Of a stretch of 64,000 nt of DNA, positions 39,331 through 52,915 are shown piece by piece. Numbering within the stretch: position 1 is the first letter of the stretch; the number at the start of each line of letters is the position of its first letter. This DNA comes from Camelus ferus (lineage: Eukaryota), in NCBI RefSeq assembly GCF_009834535.1, contig NC_045707.1, positions 58,096,001 to 58,160,000 on the forward strand, in the 5' to 3' direction. Below the pieces are notes generated by a model. It did not search any database. It was not told where the DNA came from and was given only the letters and a program-made list of their open reading frames with translations. The translations under genes were made by a program, and so were the position numbers.

Positions 39331-41679
39331 CTAACTTTTCAATTTTTAAAAATTCATTTATTGGTTAAAATGACTTCTTGATACTAGTTTTCTACAGTAA
39401 ATAAGAAAATGTTATACATGAAATTTGGACACTAAATATATTAACCCTTGATGATGAAATTTACCCTTGTCCTCTTTGATCACTATGTTCTCATCAGCTT
39501 CTAACTTAAAGTTTTGGTTTAAAAAGTCAGAATTTTAAAGTGAACTATTTCCCTTTCTCAAACAATCTCTTCTATGGTTTGGTTTTTGACAAAACTTAGA
39601 ATCCAAGATAATTACTAGAGACTGTCAAAATTTGTCTTCCAAATTCAGTTAACATTGAATCATTCTAACCCAGATGGAATCCTGCCCGCTCATCTAATAT
39701 ACCACATCCAGGTTGCAACCAGTAACTAGGTTAACAACTTTATACCTTTCATTATATTTTTAAATTAGCAAATAGGCAAATAATTTTGTAAAAATCCATT
39801 TGGATCATGTCTTGATTTTGAGGTTTATTAATTATTCATAATGATTTATTGACTCAGAGCTGTTAGATTTACTTCAGTAAACCTAGAAGTTTACTATTTT
39901 CACTTCTATAATTTATAATGAATTCCATCATTCACTAGGTGGCATCTCCTTTGTATTGCTTGAGGAAATCATTAACCATTGTTAAGCAATTAAGAAATCC
40001 CCCCCCCCAAAAAAAAGTTGCCCATCTGAGAAACAGCCTAATATGCTTTCAGTTTGGGACTCCAGTATGAAATCTTTGTTCTTCTTTCCAAGAAATCTTA
40101 AAATAAATACAGTATATTTTTCCTAATTAGCAGTCCCATGAGCTGCTTATAATAATACCCCAGCTTTTTTTTTTGAGTTCTGAAGGAAATCTAGCCATCT
40201 GTTTTCAGTATCTCAAGTGAATTTCAGGTATTCCAGATAGCCTGTATTTTTTTTCACATTATCTTAAACATTACTTTCTAAATGTAATTATCTTGCATGA
40301 TCTGGTAACAGACAGAATTTTAATTTTATTTTTAGACAACACATTTAAACCTCCTACAGCTCTCTAAGTTATCTAGAAGTTTGGTTTCGATTATTTTAAG
40401 TTAATAAATAGCACATAGCTGCCAAAAAGCATAGGTGGGAATCAAAGTCAAAGTCTGCAGAATTCAAATGTTTATGCTTGTTTTCACCCAAGCAGTCTTT
40501 GAATGGCTTTTAGAGATTATTCGTGGTAAGTAAGGGTTAATGCCCTGGGATTATATTTATTTATTTATTAGTATATCCGTTTAAAAATTTTATGTTTATA
40601 GATAATAATTCTGGAGTGTTGAAGAGGTTTGTGAATTGTATATGTACATATTTATACCTAAACTTTTGGCCCAGGGATTGCTCCAGTCCCTGCTTCCTGC
40701 CAGCAGTTTTCAGAACCTTACTCTTCTTGTTAGTTTCTCTTAACATCCTTCCTGTTTATATAAGTTTTGGATTGTCTGTATTTGACTTTGACCTGTATTT
40801 CCTTGGGACTCTGCTTCCCTCTGCTGTAAGCATTGCAGCCACTTTGAGGTCTTCCTTTTATTCTGTCTTTATGTCCATCCCATAAGTCCCTTGGTTTCTA
40901 ATACCTAACCAAAATAGAAGTGGATTTATGTAAATATTTCTAATTGTTTGATACGGATTTTGCCTAGCAGAATAACTACATATTCTTCTGGAGCATAGAA
41001 CAGTTTCTTAATCCACTACCTTTTTTTTTTTTTTTTGGCTCCAAATTTATTTACTTGTAGTATATAAATGTTCTTGATTAATTTTATATTAGTTAAAAAA
41101 AACTGAAACAAAAAATGTTGCTTCAAGTATGTCATCTGTTTGTAGAAATCCCTGGGAGATCATAAAAATGAAACATTACTTTGTATGAGGAGAAATGTTT
41201 GCAACATAAAGTGTAAAAATACCAGGCTACAAAAGGGTATGGTAACCATTTTTGTAGTCTATTAAACATATACAAAATACACTTGCTGCAGAAAACTAAG
41301 ATGATAAAAAATTTCTCCGCCCCACCAAAAAAAAAAAAACCCAACTAATATAAATCTCTTCTAATGGGACATCTTAGAGATCAGCACTGTTAACTTTATA
41401 GTGTATATTCTTTCCTTCTTCTCTTTTTCTTTCTTTGTATGTGTTTTGTAAAAGTTACACCTCCATGTAGATATAGATAGCTAGTTGGTAAAGTCCTTCT
41501 TAAAGCAAAAGATTGACACATCTGACTTCATACAACCTTTAAACTTCAGTAAAATACAAAATACTGTAAGAATAGTTTTTTTTAATGCAGTGACAATATG
41601 GAAAAAATATTTGACACACATCTATTAGTCAGATGTAGGGAATAACTTAGTTTTCTGAATATCATTAATTAGTACCACC

Positions 41680-42770
41680 ATCCATCTGTCACAGCATACA
41701 AGAGAAGAACTTCAATTTATCATAGATACCTACCTGTCTTTCACTTCTCGTATCCAGCTGATCTCTAGTATCTCCTAGATATCTCTAGAATTCATCCATT
41801 TCCTCCAACAAAATCGAGCTTTGCAACATAATTTTTCTCTACTGAGCACTACCTCATGAACTGGTGTGCCTATTTTAATTCTTTCTCCTTTCTAATTTAT
41901 TTTCCATGCTATATGCAGAGTGATCTTTTTGAACACATACCTGATTATTATAAGCATCTTATAAAATAAACACTCACTGACTTTGGGGTTTGGGTGTGTG
42001 TATGACAGAAATTATGTAGAGATTGATTAGTTCTTTCAGTTACTTTCAGGAAGATTAACTAGGCCACTATCTAGCCATACACACGTCCCTGTCACAGCAT
42101 TTTGATGCCTTTTGTTCTCTCTTTCCTGGAACACTGTCCTTTGATTATCTTGTTAATTAGTACCTATATATTCTCAGAGAATCTCGCCTGACCTTACTAA
42201 GTCAAATTATCCTGTTAATTCACTTTTAGACATAAATCTCTGTCATAGACATCAAAGTTTTACACTTATTTTAGATAATTAATCTAGCTCTCTTTCTAGA
42301 CTATAAGCTCTTTGAGGGGAAGATCTACCTTTATTTTTGCCTGCAGTTGTATTCCTGGCATGTAACATAGTGCTAGATACATAGTAGACACCTGTCTTAG
42401 TCAACTGTGGCTGCTAAGAAAATGCCATAGACTGGGTGGCTTAAACAACAGGCTTTTGTTTCTCACAGTCTGGAGACTAGAGTCCAAGATCAAGGTGCCA
42501 GCCAATTCTGTGTCTGATGAGAGCCCTTTTTCTGACCTGCAGATAGCTGCCATCTTGATGTGTCCTCTGTGCAGACAGTGACATCTAGTCTCTTCCTCTT
42601 TAAAAACATTAACCCCATCATGGGATCTCATCTAAACTTAATTATCTCCCAAAGTCCTACCTCCTAATACAATCACATTGGTGGTTGGGGTTTCAACATG
42701 AATTTTGGGGGAACACAGAATTATTTAGTCTGCAACAACACCCCATAAGTATTTGTTGAATTAATGAGCA
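41680..42770 (+). mobile_element. L2 3' portion whose tail is split by an MLT1A LTR
   Basis: ctagactataagctctttgaggg..acatagtagacacc[LTR]ccataagtatttgttgaattaatga. Confidence 0.75.
42393..42737 (-). mobile_element. MLT1A/A0-like solo LTR with perfect 5-bp TSD
   Basis: ACACC|tgtcttagtc ... tgcaaca|ACACC; catagactgggtggcttaaacaaca; gtccaagatcaaggtgccagc. Confidence 0.92.
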
Positions 42771-43637
42771 CATGAGAAATAAAAGCAAAAGGTGTAAAAA
42801 AAAAAAAATTCACAAAAGGAGAAAATACAAATGCCAGTAAACATACCCAGATATTTTCAACCTCATATGTAATCAGAAAATAACAAATTGGAACAATGAT
42901 AATGTGCATTTCCATCATGTTGAAAAAAATTTTAAAGATTGATCATGTCAAGTATCCATTTAAGAACACATCCATTAGGAGGATGAGATTAAATAAAAGT
43001 ATGATCCAGCCATATTGTGGAATATTTTTCAGCTATTAGAAGGAAGTGTTGCATTCCAGTGTATTTAAAATAATCCCATTAATTTTTGTTTTATGAAAAG
43101 AACTTCGAAAGTGACTATTTGTTTATATACACCCTGAGAAAGATATTTGCCATGCTGCTGATAGTGTTCATCTCTGGGGAGGGAACATGAACGTAGAAGG
43201 AGAGGTATAGGGTGGGAAAGTCTTTTCTTTTTCCTTCTTTTTTTTTTTTTTAAACTGTAGATTTTTCCCCCTACTATTTTTATAATGAGATTATTTTAAT
43301 GTAGCCTGTAAAAAAAACTACAAAAAAGAGTTAAGTTGGTTAGGGACATTAAAAAAAAAAAAAAGAGGCCCATTCTTTACATATAAAAAAGTAAAATCAG
43401 TGATGCCAAAACAACATGATTTAATCTGAAACTACAAACAGTTCCAAATTGTGGAAGTCTAAAGTATGATACAGGAAGAAAAAGGAATGAGGCTGAAAAA
43501 AAAGACAAAACCAGATTATTAAGGGCCATATATGTTTTTTCCTGGCATGGTACAACCATTCAAAGATTTAAGTTGGAAATTGACTTTAGTCACATTAAAG
43601 AAATGATTCTGGGAGATGTGCAGTTGACACAGTGAAA

Positions 43638-43915
43638 GAGATTCATAACCATTTTGTGTCTGAATCCCTTTGGAAGGTTTGGTGAAACCTGTGGCTACTT
43701 TTTTAGTATTATGTTTTGGATACGTGAAATAAAATACTGAGTACGAAGTATATATGTGCTTCTTCAGTAACGCATTGAATAAAAAGACCTAGTATTTGGT
43801 CTGTAATTACTTTAATTTCAAACCAGTGATGAGCATAAACAGTATTTTAAGATATTTGCATCAGCTGAATGACCTTCTAAATTTTGTCCATGGACCCCAG
43901 GTTAGGAACTGTTGT
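43638..43915. mobile_element. Charlie4a-like hAT relic
   Basis: ccctttgg..ggtgaaacctgtgg; gtgatgagcataaacagtattttaagatatttgca; end ccatggaccccaggttaggaac. Confidence 0.65.
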
Positions 43916-44235
43916 TTATGGTATGAGACTGGGAGCATGGAGATCAGTTAGGAAACCAGTCAATGTGGAGATAATGAAAAATCTTAATGGAGACAGTCTG
44001 AAATGATCCTATGAAAGACTTTCTAATTACTATTTTAAAATCATTTTTTGTGTTAATGTGTGTACATTGTAGAAAATTAGGAAATACAAATTTTAGAAAA
44101 TTATAGTAGTTTCTTAAAACTTAAATAATACCTATGCTATTTTTGTTTTTATTGCTGTCATCCTCATTAGCTATGCATTTAGTCTTATTTCAGTGAGACT
44201 GTTATTACTTAACTGTCTTCCCTTTGATTTTACAG

Positions 44236-44354
44236 GTTTTTGATTGGTCAGGGAGCCCATGTAGGAGCTGTCAACAGTGAAGGAGACACGCCTTTAGATA
44301 TTGCTGAGGAGGAGGCAATGGAAGAGCTACTTCAGAATGAAGTTAATCGGCAAG
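44236..44354 (+). CDS. PPP1R12A: MYPT1 coding exon 3 (119 nt, phase 2 to 1): FLIGQGAHVGAVNSEGDTPLDIAEEEAMEELLQNEVNRQ
   Basis: Acceptor ttttacag|G, donor CAAG|gtaaat; frame continues from exon 2. Confidence 0.98.
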
Positions 44355-44449
44355 GTAAATGTACATCAGCCTAAATGGAAAACATGTTTAAAACTGTTTA
44401 GGAAAGAATATGATACTTGACTTTCAGTAAATATTTTTTAAATTGAAGG

Positions 44450-45240
44450 AAGTGTCATAAGTGGTAGGATCAGGTATAAAATTATTTGGTATTAAAAGCT
44501 TTGGAGAGAAATGAAACAGGCAAAGAGGACAGGAAATAATACAAGGATGAATGAGACACATTGCAAATTTAAATAGAGCGGTCAAGAAAGACCTCACAGA
44601 TAAGTTGGTATTTAAGTTAAGATCTGAGTTAGGTGATGGAATGAGTCACGTCAATCTGTGGAAAGAACATAAAGAGGGAGCAGAGTGACTAGTGTGACTG
44701 AAGCAGGCAGAACAAGGAAGAGGCTGGAAGGAGTTGAGGTCACAGAAATAGCAGTGCACCGTATCACACAAGTCCTCTTGGGCCATTGGAAGGATTTTAG
44801 CTTTTAATCTGAGTGAATTAGGAGCCCATGGAAGGATTGCAGTAAAGGAGTGACATGATCTGACTTACTTTAGAAAGGATCTCTGTCACTTTTGTGCTGG
44901 GAATAGATAGTAGGAAGGGAAGGGCAGAGAAGTAGGGTGGTAGTAGACAAAGTATTGAGAAAAGGTTGGATTTTAGATACATTTTGAAAGTTTGGCCAGG
45001 GAGATTATTTCTTGATTAAATGTAGGTTATATAAGAAAGAGGAAGGCAGGGAAGATTCTGAGATTTTTGGTCTGAGCAGCTGGATGGGTGAAGTTTCTAA
45101 GGGAGATGTGGCTATTATGGGGAAAGTACATTTTGTAAGGAAAGTTCAAGGGTTCATTTTTTAGACGTTATAAGCTTGTTTTGCCTGGTAGATATCCAAG
45201 CAATTGAATATGTGAGTAGAGAGAGGTACAAGCTGGAGTG
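44450..45240 (-). mobile_element. L2 fragment
   Basis: ggccattggaaggattttagcttttaatctgagtga; ggagtgacatgatctgacttac. Confidence 0.8.
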
Positions 45241-45244
45241 TTAT

Positions 45245-45400
45245 TCTATTGATATATAATTTATGCATTATTTACAGTATACAATTCAGTGGTTTTTAGT
45301 AAATTTGGAGAGTTGTTCAACCATTACATTACAGTCAGTTTTAGAACACTCATCACTCCTAAAAGAAATTCTACCCATAAGTAATCACTCCTCTTCTATA
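45245..45400 (-). mobile_element. Short L1MB/MC-type 3' end
   Basis: attgatatataattta..tacaattcagtggtttttagtaaattt..ttttagaaca. Confidence 0.7.
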
Positions 45401-45449
45401 AATTGACATCTCCCAAATTTATGTCTTGATAAATATATAGATAAAGCTG

Positions 45450-46000
45450 TATAATCCAGCAATTCCTCTTCTGGGCATATACCCAAAGAATTAAAAGGAA
45501 GGTTTCAAAGAGATTTTTGTACACCCATGTTTATAACAGCATTATTCATAATAATCAAAAGATAGAAGAAAACTAAATGTCCATCAGTGTATGAATGAAT
45601 AAACAAAAAGTGATACATACTTACAGTGTTCAGCATTAAGAAGAAAATTCTGACACATGCTACAGCTTGAATGAACCTTAAGGACATCATGCTGTGTGAG
45701 AATAAGCCAGTCACAAAAGACAAAGTACTATATGATTCCACTTATATGAGGTACCTCAAGTGGTCAAAACCATAGAGAAAGTGGAGTGGTGGTTGTTAGG
45801 AGCTGGGAGGAGGTGGGAATGGGGATTTGTTGTTTAATTAGTATAACATTTCAGTCGTGCAAGATGAAAATAGTTCTGGAGATTGTACAACAATGTAAGT
45901 TTACTTAACACTACTGAACTGTATACTTCAAAATGGTTATTAAGATTATAAATTTTATGTTACATGTATTTTACTTTAATTTTAAAAATTTAAAAATACA
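45450..46000 (+). mobile_element. L1MA10/L1MB-type 3' end
   Basis: atccagcaattcctcttctgggcatatacccaaa; tgattccacttatatgaggtacct; aagatgaaaatagttctggag. Confidence 0.9.
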
Positions 46001-46721
46001 TACAAATGAATTACTGTGTGTGATTTCTGCTGTGTTATGTCTAGGCAATGATTAAATGAGTATTATCAGAGGAGAACTTTGTTTTACTAAGGTTAAAAGA
46101 TAAAGGGAAGGTATGGAATACTGGTTTAAATGGTTGATTTTTGCTGAAGTGTGGCTCAGGAAATAAAAGCAAAGAAGTAGGAGCTAAGTCAGACCCTTGA
46201 AAAGAGATTTTTATTCCTTGAGATTAGGAAAATTCATGACTACCCAGTTTAAAAAAAAAAAATCTTAGGCACTAAAATTGAGAAAATATTTAATGCCTAA
46301 ATAGAATTGAGGCATTGTAACAAGAGGCTGAAGATACCTGGAGCCTGGGAGAAACAGGGCACATATCAGAAAAGTAGTCATAAACTGGAGGTTGGATAAA
46401 TACACAGAAGAGCTTTTAAAAGCTATGTTCCACACAGGTGGTTTTGGAGTAATGGCATCTTCAAGATTAGAAGAGTGGATATAAAGTATCACAACCTAGA
46501 AAAGACTACACTGTCGGCCCATCTTTCTCTGATGAGTGCCCAGATAGATAGCTAACAATTTCATTTTGAACAGTGGTTAAAAATAGATCTTTTTATATTG
46601 TTTAATATTAGTTAGCAATTATTATGAGTTAGAAGAGGCATGGAGATGTACTGAAAACTTCTTGCCTTTGGTTTCCTTATTTATAAAGGAAACTGTTAGC
46701 AAGGCTGATTTTAGTTTTAGT

Positions 46722-47740
46722 GATTCATTCAGTATTGATTAATGTGCTAGCATGTGTTCTGAGTGCTGGGTATTAAAAATTTTTTTAAAGAGTAAGACAA
46801 TCTTTGTTCTTAAAGATGTCACAGTGTAGTAGAAGTGGCAGATATATAAAGAGAGCTTCACAATGCAGGATGCTATGTGCTAAAATATAGATAAGAACAG
46901 AATGAAGTGGGAGAACAGAAAAGGCTATGACTAACTGCTTGCAATAGTCAGGAAGGGTTTGAGAGTGATGACATTTGAGAGGGAGTTTGCTTGGCAGAGA
47001 GGGGAGGTGGTGGACAGAAAAAGTATGTCAGGCAGGGGTATCAACACGTGCAAGGAAAAGGAATTGGAGACACAGACAATCGAGAATTCATCAGAAAGTC
47101 AGAATGGAATTGGTCAGAAAGGTTGAGGCCTGAAAAGATTAGGCTGGAACCAGATGGTAGACGTCTATTTTGTAGGCATAGCCAGATGCAACAAAAATCC
47201 CCAAGCAGGAAATTTACCTGATTGGATTTGGTTTTTAGTAATAAAGTTGATGGTTATCTGGAAAATGAATTAGAATGGGACATAACAACACGTTATCTTC
47301 CTTGAAGAAGGCTCTTCCATTACTCCAGGTGAAAGATGATAAGGGCCAAAATGATTACGTTTGAGGTGGAAAGAGCCAGGGTTGTTTTGAGAAAATATTA
47401 AGGTAAAATTAAAACAGTTTGATGAAGAATTGAACATGGAGATGAAGGAAGAATTAAGGCTGGCTAACTTGCCTCCTAAAGTTTCGAGTTTAAGAGATGA
47501 TGATTGGGAAAATGGGGGTCAAAGCAGGAAAGCAGATTTAGAGAGTGCATGAATTTGTTTGGGGATATATTGAGTTTGTGGCGGTAAAGCACACCTAGAT
47601 GATAGTGTTAGTGCGCTGTTGGAACTTAAGAGATGTCAGGATGAAAAATGTAGATGTATTATTCTCAGGGAGAATAATAGATGAGAGAGAATTCTGGGAA
47701 ATAGTATATAAGATGGCCCTGAAACTGAAAAGTGGAGAGC
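46722..47740 (-). mobile_element. L2 fragment
   Basis: attcattcagtattga..tgttctgagtgctggg followed by purine-rich L2 body. Confidence 0.65.
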
Positions 47741-47744
47741 TAAT

Positions 47745-48000
47745 ACTAAAAATAGTAGCTGACTCTTATTAAATGCTGATTTCATGCCAGACATTGAGCA
47801 AAAGGCTTTACATGCATTATCTCATTTCATCCTCACAGCAATTCTAAGAGGTTAATGCTACTATTACCACATTTTACAGATGAGAAATTGAGGCTCAGTC
47901 ATTTGCCCAAGGTCATGCAGGTAGAACATGGTGCTGTAGTTCATTCCCAAACAGCTTAACAGATACCTTGAGCCCACACTCTTCATTACTGTACCATATT
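47745..48000 (-). mobile_element. MIR SINE
   Basis: attatctcatttcatcctcacagcaa..cattttacagatgagaaattgaggctcag..ttgcccaaggtca. Confidence 0.9.
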
Positions 48001-48711
48001 GTATTTTATTAAGAATGTCTTCTAGAAAGTATTTCACAATGTTCACTTTATTCATATAATGGAAATACATGAATTTATATAGCATAACTTTATTCCAGAG
48101 AAACAAAAGATAAGGACATCTCTAACAGATGTTAATAATCATAAAAGGAGCACCCTAAATGTATCTCTAGTGGTGATAAGATTTCTCAAATTCTTTATCC
48201 TGGTATGAAAGTTTTTATTTACTATTTTAAAAAAATTTAATCATTCTTTTGGCTCTTATTTCTTTTTTTGATATATTTGGTTAACAACTAGTTATGCTTA
48301 AGTAAATTGCCCCTGAGAGTAGTAATGATTGAATAGTAGCTGAAAGTATTTTTAATTTATGTTTTAATGTAATTTTCTTTTTTTAGCTTGGGACACAAGT
48401 AAATTTTTATGTCTTTTAGGTAACCAAATTTCAATTTGATTTTACTTTTTCTTACCTAAGAGAATTGGCTGCATTTCAAGCTAACTTTTGCTGTTTTTCA
48501 ATAGCAGTGACAGTTTAAATAGTCTAATCACTTTATTATATCATACCCGATATAGTTTCAATATCTGTTAATTTCATTGTTTAAAAACCTTGCAGTTATA
48601 GTAGGTGGATTAAGGATGAGTTAAAAATCTTGTTGCATTATGAAATCTTCTTCTATCAGAATATAAAGCAAGAAAAGAGAAGCAGAATCATGAAGACTTT
48701 TAGAACTGCTT

Positions 48712-48945
48712 AGTGATAACACTTTGGTGCTTTACTCCTGACCTAAGCACTTCATGTATATTAATTAAATTAATCCTCACAACAGAATTGCCGGTAAGGA
48801 CTTTCATTACCCCTATCTTACAAATAAAGAAACACTATTAGCATAAATTAAGTGTCTTGCCCAAGATAATAGAACTAGCAAGTGGCAAATCAGGGATTGA
48901 AACACAACAGTCTAGGTTCAGGCCTATATTCTTAACCTGTTATAT
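48712..48945 (-). mobile_element. MIR SINE
   Basis: taatcctcacaaca..ttaagtgtcttgcccaag..ctagcaagtggca. Confidence 0.8.
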
Positions 48946-50479
48946 TGATGTTTAAATAAGTTATGCCTTTCTCATGGTTACAAGCCTAGTTAAAGCACTG
49001 GAATTAGGAAACAAGTATTGTAACATACAGTACAATGAGGTTAAAAAATTTTTTAATGAACTAATAAGCAGGGTCTGATCAGTGGTATTTTTTTTTAAAT
49101 ATTAAGAACAAGAGAAGAATGTTGTTTTTTTTCCCTAACTGGATTTTCTTAAACATTAGAAGTTTCCCTTCCTATAATACTTCAATTTTAAACCTGAGTT
49201 GTTTTGTTTTTATATATAATTCATATAAAAGCACAACTTGGTGGCAAAAGAGGGTAATTGCTTTGTAATTAGATAAAGATAACATGAAATTAGACGAAGT
49301 AAGAAGTAGGTATCTTTTTTATTTCAAGTCCAGAGGAAATTCAAAATAATAAAAGACAATAAAAGTCAGAATGTTTAAGATAGTAAAGACAAAGGGATTG
49401 ATAATAAAGAGGTTCATGTTTTAAAAGACAGTAAAAAAAAAGCATAAGAAAATAAAATAAATTCATCTGAGAAGTCATTTAGTAGAATATTCTTAATGTA
49501 TTACTGTGACAGCTTTATAATTTCTTTTATGAATAACAATAGAAAGCATCTTAAGATTGCTGATTATCCTTTGATGGGAAATTTATATATATGTAAAATG
49601 CTTTATTATAGAAATGGTGATACTTCGTAAACAAGGATTATGATATGTTTTGTTAATTACATATATAGGGTATATAATTGATTGTTTTTATAGTCTATTT
49701 GGAAAATCTTATGTGAGTTTCTTTCAAATGTGGTAATAAGATCTCTAGTTTGAAGATGACTTTACCTGTACTTATGTAATCCTGGGATTTTAAAAATACC
49801 TTTCAGTTATGGCCTACGTTTTTGAGGTTGAGCTTAAATTGAACCAGTTTAGTTATGTCTTGAAAAAATGGTAGTTTGCTAAGCAGGCAAGATAAGGCTG
49901 TAATCCAGGTAGAGGATAATAGCTTGCACACCAGCACAGACACATGTTGTACTTGACCTATGTGAAGATCTAGATGGTTAGAACACTGGGTGATGATAGA
50001 GGAGGAAGATTAGAGATTAAAAATGCATTGAGACCAAATCATAAAAGGCTTTGTCTACTACACTAAAGAGCTTGAGCTTTGTCTGATAGGAGGTGAGTGA
50101 TCATTGACAAACTTACGTAGAAAAGAGAGATGATTGTATTTTGACACAGAAAAACCAGTCCGGCAGTGATGCGGGGAGTGACTCAGAAGGGACTGAGGAG
50201 AATGAGTTAGGGCCAGTCAGAATGTGAGACATAAGACATGAACTAAGATGGTGATAAGGCACCATCAAGAAGACAGTCTAGGAGATGGCAACTCAAAATC
50301 TTGATAACTAATTGGATGGGGACCGGGGATCACTTCCAGGTTGCTAAGTGAGTAGTGGTACCTAATATAGGAAATAAAAGATGGGTAGCAAGCAGATTGG
50401 CTAGGGAAAATTGAGTTACTATTTTAGCATTGAGTTTGAGGTGACCATGGTGTATTATTTTATTATTATATTATATTAC

Positions 50480-51730
50480 TTCCCTAGTTTTGATCTCTTC
50501 TCTGTTCTCCAGGCTCAGATATCCAACTGACTACTTGATATCTCCAATTAGATGTCTGTTAGTGCATCTCAAACTTTACATTTCTGAAACTGAAATTTTA
50601 ATTATTCCAATTGCTCAGGCTAAAAACCTTTGAGTCATCCTTGACTTCTGACGTCCAAACCAACAGCAGATTCTGTTGGTGTGCCTTGAAGAATCCAGAA
50701 TTGAGCCTCTCTACTACCTTTACTCCTACTAACCTGGTTCAAGTTACTGTCATCTCTTGCCTGAGTTACTGTAATGGCCTCCCAGTTGATACCTCAGTTT
50801 CTACTCTTAATTTGTCAGTTTAAGTGATCCTCTTAAATTGTCAGGTGGTGTCACTCTGCTCATTGTCCTCACTGCTCTGTAGTCATCCCAGTCTTCTAAA
50901 CAGAGCATTCCAAGCAGGCTTCTACCTCTTACCACAGACAGTCCCTGATTTACAGTGGTTCAACTTATGATTTTTCAACTTTATGATGACATGAAAGCAG
51001 TATGAAGTCAGTAGAAACCGTACTTCAGATTGTGAATTTTAGTCTTTTTCTGGGCTAATGATATGCAACACAATACTCTCTAGTGATGCTGGTCGGCAAC
51101 ATCGAGCAGCAGCTCCTAGTCACATGATTGAGGGGTTAACAACTGAACTGATACACTTAAACATCTATTCTGTACTCATACAACCATTCTGCTTTTCACT
51201 TTCAGTACAGTATTTAATAAATTACATGAGATATTCAGCATGTTATTATAAAATAGGCTTTGTATTAGGTGATTTTGCCCAACTTTAGGCTAATATAAGT
51301 ATTCTGAGCATCTTTAAATTAGGCTAGGCTACATTATGATGTTGCATAGATTCAGTGTATTATATGCAGTTCTGATCTAGGATATTTTTAACTTGCAGTG
51401 GATTTGTTGGAATGAAACTCCATTGTAAGTCTAGAAAGATCTTTGGTACTTCCCTCTGGAGTATTCTCCAAGATTATGTGTGGTATGCTTGTCCATTTAT
51501 TTTTTGCTGTAATGTCACCTTATCAGAGACTATTCTTTACCAGCCTATGTAAATTCTTTCTCATTACCCTCTGTACCTTTACCCTGCTTTTTTTCCTTCA
51601 CAGATGTACCATCTTCTGCCATATAATAAGTTCACTTCTATATGCATAGCACCTAATAAAGTACCTGACATGGAGTAGACACTCAGTACATATTGAATGA
51701 ATGAATGAGTGAATGAGTGAATGAATGAAA
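50480..51730 (+). mobile_element. L2 fragment interrupted by a MER47/Tigger5 element, ending in a (TGAA)n-like tail
   Basis: atatccaactgactacttgatatctcca; gagtcatccttgact; gtacctgacatggagtagacactcag..tgaatgaatgaatgagtgaatg. Confidence 0.8.
50935..51445 (-). mobile_element. MER47/Tigger5-family element
   Basis: cagacagtccctgatttacagtggttcaacttatg; ttcactttcagtacagtatttaataaattacatgagatattca; taggctaggcta. Confidence 0.88.
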
Positions 51731-52755
51731 AATTCTGACCAGACAGTTGGATATGTGGATATGAATTGCAAGAGAGATCTTAGCTCAGGAGTTGTACTAT
51801 GTGTACAATTATTTTTTACTCATTTATGCATTCATCATTTATTTAGTAAACATTTAGTGATCTGTTTTACTTTGTATCAGGTACTCATCCAGGTGATGGG
51901 GATACAAGATAAAAAAAAAGTCTTGATCTTTTTAGTAAACTCATTGTCTTCTGGAGTAAGACAGATTGTAAATGCATTGTGCTGTGTGCTATTATTAAAT
52001 AGCCAGCAATTGAAGCTGTAAGATAACAGGAGATCACTCAGGAATTTCAGGATTATTTTTTCTGTTTTAATTTTTTTCTCAGGATGTTGAGCTCCTTGAA
52101 CGCCCTGTTTCTTTTTGAATTCTCCCCACTCTTACCACCTCAACCTAGCACAGTGCTTAATGCTTTTAAATGAATAAACATCTACATAACAATCATAAAA
52201 CTGATACTGATGGTATGAACAGTGTACTGTGTTGGAAAAGGAAAGAAGCTTTGGTAGAAAAATGATCTGTTTTAAGTAAGGTCTGTAACATTTTAGATGA
52301 AGACAGAACCTCCAAGTTGAAGTGTTCAATAAATATTTGTACCTTCTAGGTTAAAGTTCAGAGAACTGGTGAATGCAATGGATAGAAATTTGAGACTTAA
52401 CTACATGATTGTTTTTTTAAAAAAAGAAGCAAACTTTTTTTTTTTAGACTAAAGGATAATATACCTTGGGAAATATTCAAATTTTTAAAAACAGAATAAG
52501 AAAAAAGGTAAAAAGAAAGCCAAAATAATATTTATTGTGGGACAAAAATTAAATAGTCAGAGAATGCTAGTAAAATACCTACAGTATTCCCACAGTTCTT
52601 TATTTAAGCAGCTTGTTCCAAGCAGCCGATTTTTCAAAAATAAAATTTTGCTTTTAACTTTCATTTAAACTTGAAATGTTTGGGGTAGTTTTGTTTCCAA
52701 ACAAAAACACTTTCTATAGAGAAAAAAATTAAAACAATTATTTTTATTTTATCAG

Positions 52756-52915
52756 GGGTCGATATAGAAGCAGCTCGAAAGGAAGAAGAACGGATAATGC
52801 TTAGAGATGCAAGACAGTGGCTAAACAGTGGTCATATAAATGATGTCCGGCATGCGAAATCTGGAGGTACAGCACTCCACGTTGCAGCTGCTAAAGGCTA
52901 TACAGAAGTTTTAAA
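52756..52915 (+). CDS. PPP1R12A: MYPT1 coding exon 4 (160 nt, phase 1 to 2): GVDIEAARKEEERIMLRDARQWLNSGHINDVRHAKSGGTALHVAAAKGYTEVLK
   Basis: Acceptor ttttatcag|GG, donor TTAAA|gtaagt; TALHVAA ankyrin motif. Confidence 0.98.
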
